Positions 25,225 to 31,786 of a DNA stretch of 43,302 nucleotides are shown one piece after another; position 1 is the stretch's first letter, and each line of letters begins with the position of its first letter. Position numbers and translations under genes: made by a program. A model generated the notes under the pieces. That model was not told the origin of the DNA, made no database searches, and worked only from the letters and a program-made list of their open reading frames with translations. The DNA is from a virus (lineage: Duplodnaviria; Caudoviricetes), in the IMG/VR virus record IMGVR_UViG_3300044580_000031, positions 1-43,302 of that record, one strand, 5' to 3'.

Positions 25225-25491
25225 TCACCACGATTCGTAAAACCGCCGCCTCACCCTCTCCAGCGTTTTGGGAGAGAGCGCGTAATCCGTGCAGACGCGC
25301 TGCCAGGGCATCCCGTCTACCATCAGCGCCCGCAGCGCCGGCGCGTATTCCTCTCCGATTCTGCTAATGAGCGCGTCGATCCGCCGCCTCTCCGCTGCCG
25401 GCAGGCGCGCGTAATTGGCGCAGGAGAAAAAGATTCGCCCCTGCTCTAGGTACGATCTTTTCACGCTCCTCAGATATCGGAATTTTCTCAT
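25225..25491 (-). CDS. Putative late-gene transcriptional activator (HTH, 88 aa)
   Basis: C-terminal HTH-like WQRVCTDYALSPKTLERVRRRFY; position just before the terminase operon. Confidence 0.55.
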   Translation of the reverse strand: MRKFRYLRSVKRSYLEQGRIFFSCANYARLPAAERRRIDALISRIGEEYAPALRALMVDGMPWQRVCTDYALSPKTLERVRRRFYESW

Positions 25492-25538
25492 TCCTGTCCG
25501 CTTCGCCTCCTTCCCAAGCCCTCCCGCAGAGGAATGGT

Positions 25539-26309
25539 TCACCCGCCTCGCCTTCGCTTCTCCTTCTCCCGCTTTCGGAATTCCGCGTGTATGTACCACC
25601 CCTTGTTGCACTCGTTTCTGACGGCCTCCGTTTTTATGCACTCCCAGCCCGGATACAGATCCTCCAGATCCTCAAATGCCATGCCGGCATCCGCCGCCTC
25701 CCCCATCTCGTCCAGGTCCTCGACGGGGATCTTCCCGTTCTTTTCGCCCGGAGACGGCTTTATCAGATTCCGGGAGGCGTTCCACCGCTTAAAGCACAGG
25801 TGGTCCTTCGCCATGTAGTGTGTCAGCCCCGCGATCCCGTCCGGCCCGAACTGCAGCCGGCGCGAGTTGCAGGTACCCATCCCCCAGAGCTTCTCCAGGT
25901 AGTCACGGTCCAGGCCTCCGGATACAATCAGGTGATGGTGGTACCGCCCGGACTTCTTTCCCCTCTCCGTGGAGGACATGTATTTCAGCGGCGGGAGCCC
26001 CGCTTTCTTTCTGGCTCTCTTGATCCGCTTGATAAAGTTTGACAGATGCCGAAGCGCCTCCTCGGGATTGCCCGGCTGCCGCCCGTAGGAGAGATGCAGA
26101 GCAATATCCTCCTCCGTGAAATTCGCGTGCGCCTGTCGCGTCACCTTCCGCTCCGCGTTCTTCTGGTTCAGCTTCTTCTGGACCTCGGAGCTCGGCTTGC
26201 ACCTCGTCCGCCGCATCCCCGGCTTCTGAAAGACCGGAAATATGTCTGCGTCCATAAAGTTCCCGCAGACATACGCCAGCTGCCGGATGAATAATCTGCC
26301 CTTGTACAT
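25539..26309 (-). CDS. HUH-superfamily rolling-circle replication initiator (Rep)
   Basis: Motif I-like ALHLSY, motif II GRYHHHLIV, motif III HYMAK; RBS GGGAGGG. Confidence 0.8.
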   Translation of the reverse strand: MYKGRLFIRQLAYVCGNFMDADIFPVFQKPGMRRTRCKPSSEVQKKLNQKNAERKVTRQAHANFTEEDIALHLSYGRQPGNPEEALRHLSNFIKRIKRARKKAGLPPLKYMSSTERGKKSGRYHHHLIVSGGLDRDYLEKLWGMGTCNSRRLQFGPDGIAGLTHYMAKDHLCFKRWNASRNLIKPSPGEKNGKIPVEDLDEMGEAADAGMAFEDLEDLYPGWECIKTEAVRNECNKGWYIHAEFRKREKEKRRRGG

Positions 26310-26329
26310 CGAATACCCTCCCGCGTCCA

Positions 26330-26385
26330 TTAAGTTAAGATACCCTACAAGCCCGAAATCGCGCGCGCGCGCGATGTTTTATAAT
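26330..26385. other. Candidate replication origin: CTTG-containing nick-like motif next to an AT(CG)7AT palindrome
   Basis: Directly upstream of rep; - strand reads ...CGCGATTTCGGGCTTGTAGGGTATCTTAACTTA. Confidence 0.45.
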
Positions 26386-26449
26386 GTATCGGTTGCTCAG
26401 AAACGGACCGAATCCGCTTCGGTCCGCTCCTCGGCAGCCGTGCCTAGTC

Positions 26450-26728
26450 TTACTCCACCAGTTCGTAGGTCTTTTCGAAGATGTCCGGCTTGCAGGGGTA
26501 GAACTCGCCGCTCACGCCTTTGATTATGTAGTCGCCGGGTGAGGCTGTCATAACACCCTCAAGAGTTGTTATCTTCACAGAGAATACGGGAGGAGCAATG
26601 CCAGCGTTCCACGCCGCATCGCTTTCAAGACTGTAAAACGCGCCGGGATAAAACGCCGTCAGTTCAGCCTCATTGTGTCCTGTCCACTGCACGGCTTCGA
26701 TAACGACGGGCTTTTTGCGATATTTCAC
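26450..26728 (-). CDS. Conserved phage protein (KYRKKPVVIEAVQW...PGDYII...FYPCKPDIFEKTY family)
   Basis: Recognisable motif set; GTG start overlaps the upstream stop. Confidence 0.75.
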   Translation of the reverse strand: MKYRKKPVVIEAVQWTGHNEAELTAFYPGAFYSLESDAAWNAGIAPPVFSVKITTLEGVMTASPGDYIIKGVSGEFYPCKPDIFEKTYELVE

Positions 26729-27228
26729 AGTCGCACCTCCACCCAGTCCTCGGCCAGCACATCGCCGATGCTCGGAACCCACATGCTGTGCGATCCGTCA
26801 ACCTGCTTGATCTGAAGATAGGGATTGCAGATGAAGAGATCTCCCTCGTTCATGCCCCACGCCTCTGCGGTCTGCTTGTTGCACGGAATTCCCTGGGGAT
26901 ATCCCTTCTGATACACAACAAACATCCCTCTGCCGTTCCATCCCCGCCGTGCCACCTTCTGCCCGGCCTTCATCCGCCGGATAGCCTCTCCGAAGCGGAA
27001 AGTCTGGATATCCAATTTCCAGGGTACATCATCAGGAACTTCCCAGTCCTCGGCCGCCATCTGCTCCATGGTGTAGACGGTGTCCTGTGTCTCTCGCAGG
27101 TCCATGTTCGTTCCGTCCTTGAGATACATGATGAGGGCGCCCCCTTCCAGCATCCAGTACCCGGCCCAGTGCGGCCGCTTGACCGCGGCGCCGCACTTCA
27201 GCGCCTCCAGTGCTTCTGCAAATTTCAT
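26725..27228 (-). CDS. Tandem two-domain DUF2829 protein (Tad2-like anti-defence sponge family)
   Basis: Two repeats of F.EA...K.G..V.R..W...(L/M)AEDW: MKFAEALEALKCGAAVKRPHW...MAAEDWEV and FRFGEAIRRMKAGQKVARRGWNG...WVPSIGDVLAEDW. Confidence 0.85.
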   Translation of the reverse strand: MKFAEALEALKCGAAVKRPHWAGYWMLEGGALIMYLKDGTNMDLRETQDTVYTMEQMAAEDWEVPDDVPWKLDIQTFRFGEAIRRMKAGQKVARRGWNGRGMFVVYQKGYPQGIPCNKQTAEAWGMNEGDLFICNPYLQIKQVDGSHSMWVPSIGDVLAEDWVEVRL

Positions 27229-27299
27229 TTGTTTTTCCCCTTTCATTTATTGTTGATTTAATCGCTGATGAAGTTATAAAATAGCGCGGGGGTGATACT

Positions 27300-27506
27300 A
27301 TGATGCGAATCGAATCCCTGGACGCCTGGAACCGCCTGCTCCCTCGGCTTGTCGCGTATGGCTATGACCGCTACTGCACGCAGCACGATGTTGATGACCC
27401 CGAGGGCTATCATGCCTGGTTCTGGTCCTCCGGCCGGCCGGATCTGGAGATAGTCACCCATAACAAGGATGTCAAGGCGGCGATCATGGCGTTTGAATGC
27501 CGATAG
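27300..27506 (+). CDS. Small counter-oriented hypothetical protein (68 aa, moron-like)
   Basis: RBS GGGGGTGA and upstream TTGATT-N18-TAAAAT; fills a gap in the - strand operon. Confidence 0.6.
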   Translation: MMRIESLDAWNRLLPRLVAYGYDRYCTQHDVDDPEGYHAWFWSSGRPDLEIVTHNKDVKAAIMAFECR

Positions 27507-27702
27507 GCTCCTTCACCGCCGCCCATCGCCTGGTCTTTCCCGTCATGGCCTTGTGAACCCGGATGTACACGGCAGCCCTGGTGATCCCCAACTTGTCAGC
27601 GATCTCCCGCGCCGTTCCGAAAGCCAGCACCTCGTCCGTCCGATTGTCATAGATGGTGTAGTATTCGATCTCCCTGCCCGGCGGAGGCCCTCTTTTGCCC
27701 AT
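27484..27702 (-). CDS. Small HTH DNA-binding protein
   Basis: YTIYD...GTAREIADKLGITRAAVY. Confidence 0.7.
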   Translation of the reverse strand: MGKRGPPPGREIEYYTIYDNRTDEVLAFGTAREIADKLGITRAAVYIRVHKAMTGKTRRWAAVKEPIGIQTP

Positions 27703-27703
27703 T

Positions 27704-27982
27704 TCACGCCTCCGGCTGCGGACACTCCGCACAGTCCTCCGGGCAGCCGCATGGCTTGTCCGCCTTCGGATGACGCGCCTCCTTCATCCACCGGTCAAAC
27801 GCTGTTGCGCATTCGGGGCATAAATCATAGTCACGAGTAACGTAGGCGTATGGATCTGGGTTGAATATTTTCGTCATAACCACTCTGAAAGTCTTCTTTT
27901 TAAAACGAATTTGCGGGAATTTATATTGGTCGTATTCTTTCCTGCATCTGTCACATACAGCGGTTTCTTTACGCATTGTCAC
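27704..27982 (-). CDS. Small Cys-rich (zinc-binding) phage protein
   Basis: VCDRC...YDLCPEC. Confidence 0.65.
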   Translation of the reverse strand: MTMRKETAVCDRCRKEYDQYKFPQIRFKKKTFRVVMTKIFNPDPYAYVTRDYDLCPECATAFDRWMKEARHPKADKPCGCPEDCAECPQPEA

Positions 27983-28541
27983 GCGCCTCCGTTCTCTCGA
28001 ACTCGATCACCCATACCCAAGGATTCTGAGCCCAGCCTTCCCCGCGTTTGGCGTTTAGCTTGTCCCACAGACGGGCAAACGCCGGCAGATGCCTTTTCTC
28101 GCTGGCAAAATCGTTGCCGTAAATAGGCTCTACGCCTTCGCGTTCCGCATCCTCCTCCGAGATATCCTGCAGCCTCTCCGCCCGTATACCTGTCACGCGC
28201 AGGAAGATCCTGGCGGCTTCACGGGGCATAAAGATGGATGGGCTCCATGCCGTTAAGTGCCATCCCTCTGGCGTTTCATCGTCTGCCCTATAGACATATT
28301 CGCCGTCTATTAACGTCCACGTTTCCCGCACCCACAGGATGTCACCCGGCTGACAAGGCGCTTCATCGGTTAATTCCGTGTAGATCGTTTCAAATGTTCC
28401 TAGGTGTTTTCTCCACCATTCACCTCGTTCATAGCTGAGTTCAGAAATATCCGGCTGAGGCTTTATCACCCGCCTTGTCATAGACTTCCGCCCGGCCAGG
28501 ATGGCCTGCACCATCGGTGTGCTGAACAGTATCGGTTTCAT
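27969..28541 (-). CDS. ASCH/PUA-like conserved phage protein
   Basis: MKPILFSTPMVQAILAGRKSMTRR...GDILWVRETW...WSPSIFMPREAARI...NPWVWVIEF. Confidence 0.8.
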   Translation of the reverse strand: MKPILFSTPMVQAILAGRKSMTRRVIKPQPDISELSYERGEWWRKHLGTFETIYTELTDEAPCQPGDILWVRETWTLIDGEYVYRADDETPEGWHLTAWSPSIFMPREAARIFLRVTGIRAERLQDISEEDAEREGVEPIYGNDFASEKRHLPAFARLWDKLNAKRGEGWAQNPWVWVIEFERTEARDNA

Positions 28542-28849
28542 GGATTTCCCTCCTGTACCACCCGCAACGGGATAAGCATGTCCAGTTTCCCCAGCGCAAT
28601 GGCCCGCTCCAGTTCCCGTCGCGCGCCCGGCGAGTCCTTCCAGTCCGGCAGCAGCGCGATTGCGTCCGCTACCTCGATCATGGCAAAACAAATTTTCATG
28701 TAGTCCTCATAATCGAGCCCTCTCGGCAGGCGGATGGGATTCAGCGGTATATGCCCCAGGTCCCGGATATAATTGCTGGCCCGCATGAAATCGATGACAC
28801 GCTCCCCGGCCGTTTTGCCCGTCATTTTTCCGCTTATGTAGACTTTCAT
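28538..28849 (-). CDS. DUF4406 protein (nucleoside 2-deoxyribosyltransferase-like fold)
   Basis: MKVYISGKMTG...LNP...YMKIC...ADAIALLPDWKDSPGARRE. Confidence 0.85.
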   Translation of the reverse strand: MKVYISGKMTGKTAGERVIDFMRASNYIRDLGHIPLNPIRLPRGLDYEDYMKICFAMIEVADAIALLPDWKDSPGARRELERAIALGKLDMLIPLRVVQEGNP

Positions 28850-29031
28850 CTCCGCGCCGCCTTCCTTTCCGCCATTGCGTCCAGCAGCATCTGCTCCGGA
28901 GACCATTGCTCACAAGTCAGGATCTTGACCTCGCCCAGGTCCTCCAGCCGCATGGCAGCCAGCTCCTTAATGCCCCGGATGTCGTCGCTGTCCTCACATT
29001 TCACTGTAAGCTGCAGTGTTGCCAGTATCAT
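28846..29031 (-). CDS. Hypothetical phage protein (61 aa)
   Basis: ATGA overlaps with both neighbours. Confidence 0.6.
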   Translation of the reverse strand: MILATLQLTVKCEDSDDIRGIKELAAMRLEDLGEVKILTCEQWSPEQMLLDAMAERKAARR

Positions 29032-29234
29032 TCCGCCTCGGCCTCCTCCGCCCGCCTGCTTTCCCTCGCCTGCAGGATCCCCTGCCGGAACATCCGGAGC
29101 CGGACGGCCAATGATTTCCCGACATATGTATCAGTGCTCCGGACCCAGGCTGTTTTGTTGATCGTCCCCAGCGCTCCCACTGTCCGCCCGTGCGACCGGT
29201 GGGAGCGTTTTCTATGGTTCGCCTTGCTGCTCAT
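29028..29234 (-). CDS. Basic hypothetical phage protein (68 aa)
   Basis: MSSKANHRKRSHRS; ATGA coupling. Confidence 0.6.
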   Translation of the reverse strand: MSSKANHRKRSHRSHGRTVGALGTINKTAWVRSTDTYVGKSLAVRLRMFRQGILQARESRRAEEAEAE

Positions 29235-29767
29235 TTCTTCCTCCGTTCCTGCCTAACCGTTTCATAGGCGTTATCTTTTTTGTTGTATTCGACCGTTACC
29301 GGGGTTTTGCAGTTCAAGCAAGGGATATCAAACATCAAGTCCGTCATGTTGGTTAGGTACCAGAAAGTACTCCCGCACTCACATTTCATATCAACATAGA
29401 CCAGGTTATCGGGGAGGTCACTTTCGGCCCCGCATTCCTTACAGCGATACCGGCTGATTGCGCTCCTTGCGTTGAATCCTCTGACGCTGCCGCATTCCGG
29501 ACACTTGATGTACAGAAAACCATGATAAGAGTAAGTACCAGGCGCTTTTTTCTGTTTGTCCGAAGCCGGCAGCAGTTTCTCTTCAGTGTGCAGAGTCCCC
29601 TGGCTTTCTGCTTCAGGTTCTATCTCAGGCGAACAGGCACTAGCCTCCGCAGGCTTCCTGCATTTCAAAAGTAATTGAACAACGAGATCCCTGAAAGCCT
29701 CCCCGCACGCCTCCTCAGGAAGCTCGACGACGAAGCGCCGGCCAGTAGTGGAAACCGTAAGCTTCAT
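29231..29767 (-). CDS. Multi-zinc-ribbon phage protein
   Basis: YHGFLYIKCPECG...CKECG...CECG...CLNC. Confidence 0.75.
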   Translation of the reverse strand: MKLTVSTTGRRFVVELPEEACGEAFRDLVVQLLLKCRKPAEASACSPEIEPEAESQGTLHTEEKLLPASDKQKKAPGTYSYHGFLYIKCPECGSVRGFNARSAISRYRCKECGAESDLPDNLVYVDMKCECGSTFWYLTNMTDLMFDIPCLNCKTPVTVEYNKKDNAYETVRQERRKK

Positions 29768-29977
29768 TTATTCTCTCACTCCCTCCCGCTGCACCGCCTC
29801 GACGGTCATGGCGGGCGCCAGCTTCGCCGCGCATGTCCCGCAGAGCTGCATCCCATCAACCGCATAGAATGGCCCATCCTTATCTCCGCAGTATTCGCAG
29901 GATCTCCGCGCGCGGAAAGGATAAGACTTCGTATCCTCCCGCCGCGGTAGGTGTTTCCCGCCTCTACACTTTTTCAC
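29768..29977 (-). CDS. Small Cys-containing hypothetical protein
   Basis: GTG start overlapping the upstream stop; CEYC...LCGTC. Confidence 0.55.
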   Translation of the reverse strand: MKKCRGGKHLPRREDTKSYPFRARRSCEYCGDKDGPFYAVDGMQLCGTCAAKLAPAMTVEAVQREGVRE

Positions 29978-30447
29978 GTCTCCGCCTCCTTTGGTTTTAT
30001 TTCGATTCTCAGGATCCCGCGCTTCGCGCACACCAGGGCGCGGGCCAGATCGTCTATGAGCTGATGGACATAACGATCTGGCATCCAAGAAGCGCTCTCA
30101 AAGCGACTGTCATCCAGAAGGCTGAATTTCAAATGCAGGAGTTCGTGGACAAGGGTCTCCTCAAAATCAAAATGAAGAATGTATTTGTCCCCATAGTCCT
30201 CCTCAGCCAGAATGTCAATTCTGGCCGTCCGGATTGATTCCGTCCAGTCCACACACCCGTCAACCCCTTGTATTTCCATATCCTCTTTTTTGACCGCGGC
30301 CCGCAAAAAAATTCTCCAGTCCTGCAGCCCCAGCCGCTCCTGCCACTCCCGCAGCAGTTCCTCCGGCGTTTTCTCTCTAGGCTCCTTTTTAGAGGAGCTG
30401 TCGCGAAACGACTGAGGATTACCGCTCTCGTATCCGATCCCGCTCAT
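29974..30447 (-). CDS. Zincin-like (HExxH) metallopeptidase-domain protein
   Basis: EWQERLGLQDW...EETLVHELLHL. Confidence 0.7.
   Translation of the reverse strand: MSGIGYESGNPQSFRDSSSKKEPREKTPEELLREWQERLGLQDWRIFLRAAVKKEDMEIQGVDGCVDWTESIRTARIDILAEEDYGDKYILHFDFEETLVHELLHLKFSLLDDSRFESASWMPDRYVHQLIDDLARALVCAKRGILRIEIKPKEAET
30379..30420 (-). repeat. REP-like double-hairpin element inside the 5' end of the HExxH gene
   Basis: + strand AGGCTCCTTTTTAGAGGAGCTG-TCGCGAAACGA-CTGAGG. Confidence 0.7.
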
Positions 30448-31241
30448 TTCAGCCCCTCCGGAAATTCCCGCCGCATATGGTACCCCATAATGGGTTCCAG
30501 GGACTCTTTCATGTACACCGGCACCCCGGCCGCGTCGCAGTTCCTCACGATGTCCTCAACCCATGCCCGCTCCGGAATCACTTTCCCCTTCCGGTTTCCA
30601 GTCTCCGCTCCGAGGATTACCCAGCTCCAGTATTCAATGGCGTTGAGCGTCCCTTCATCCAATGGAGCAAGAATCGGCTCTATCGAAAGAAATGCGTTAC
30701 CGTGATCGGCAGATCCACATTCCAGCTTCCGATTTGTTCCCGTACGTGTCGTCCCGTACCAGAAATTTTTATTGTCTGGCAATAGGCCAAGCTGCTCATA
30801 CCTCACGCCGTTTTTAGTCAGAAACAGATATGTATGCCATGGCGCCGCTTCGCAGGCCCGGAACACTTCCTCGATCCATTTATCCGGCACCCAGCCCCCA
30901 AAGAGATCCCCCATGGATACAACAAATATCCGCTGCGGTTCCTTACACTGCCGCGGCTCTTTGAGGCGGTACCGGTGGAGTGTCGGCTCGAATCCGAAAG
31001 GATACGGCGCCTCACGATACCATCCGTCCTTAGTCGGCGCCAGCTGCGGTTCGCTCAGATCATACGGTGGCTTAAATGCATCATCTTTATATTTTGCGAT
31101 GAACATATCCATTTCCTTGCCGTACCCGCCGCCGGCGAACCGCCGCGCGATCCCCCGCGCGTAGCAGTATGGGCACCCGTGCAGACAGCCCGTGACCGGG
31201 TTCCACGTGTAATCAGCCCACTCGATCTTTGTCTTGTTCAT
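30444..31241 (-). CDS. DUF5131 / phage Gp37Gp68 family radical-SAM-like protein
   Basis: TKIEWADYTWNPVTGCLHGCPYCYAR (CxxxCxxC), IFVVSMGDLF, FLTK, FLSIEP, WVILGAETG. Confidence 0.9.
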   Translation of the reverse strand: MNKTKIEWADYTWNPVTGCLHGCPYCYARGIARRFAGGGYGKEMDMFIAKYKDDAFKPPYDLSEPQLAPTKDGWYREAPYPFGFEPTLHRYRLKEPRQCKEPQRIFVVSMGDLFGGWVPDKWIEEVFRACEAAPWHTYLFLTKNGVRYEQLGLLPDNKNFWYGTTRTGTNRKLECGSADHGNAFLSIEPILAPLDEGTLNAIEYWSWVILGAETGNRKGKVIPERAWVEDIVRNCDAAGVPVYMKESLEPIMGYHMRREFPEGLK

Positions 31242-31786
31242 TAAAGTCCCTCTTCCTCCAGATCCCGCACGCACGCGGAACAGAGATCCTCCTCGACCCA
31301 GTAAGAGCCATCCGGCTGGCAGGCATTGTCCTCCGTACACCCGCAAACGCGGCAAACTCCCTCATTGGCGACCCGCTCCCTTATGTACCGCTGCCAGCAG
31401 CCCCACATCGGTCCGTCGCCGCAGGCCTCCGTCTCTCCGTTGCATTCGTCCCACCCGGTATGGTATATAACCGCCGGGCATTGCCCGGCACTATCGTCCA
31501 GAATCCGGCATGCCAGGGCAAAGGCCTTCTGATAATCATCCCGCTCTTCCTTGACCCGCTCCATCTCCTCACGGAGCTTTGACATCGGATGCTCCGGGCA
31601 GTGGGCGATGTGTTCCTTCAACACGTCGGCCATGCTGGCCGGCACCTTGTCGGCCGGACCATACCGATGCCCGCAGTAAACGCAGTTGACATACATGCCG
31701 GACTGCAGGTCGTTTACCCATTGCATCAGCCGCTCGTTCTCTGCGCGCAGCGCTTCAAGTTCCTTTGATTTTCCCGTTTTATTCAT
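31241..31786 (-). CDS. Cys-rich coiled-coil hypothetical protein
   Basis: CVYCG...HIAHCPEHP; C-terminal CRVCGCTEDNAC...W...DLCSAC. Confidence 0.7.
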   Translation of the reverse strand: MNKTGKSKELEALRAENERLMQWVNDLQSGMYVNCVYCGHRYGPADKVPASMADVLKEHIAHCPEHPMSKLREEMERVKEERDDYQKAFALACRILDDSAGQCPAVIYHTGWDECNGETEACGDGPMWGCWQRYIRERVANEGVCRVCGCTEDNACQPDGSYWVEEDLCSACVRDLEEEGL

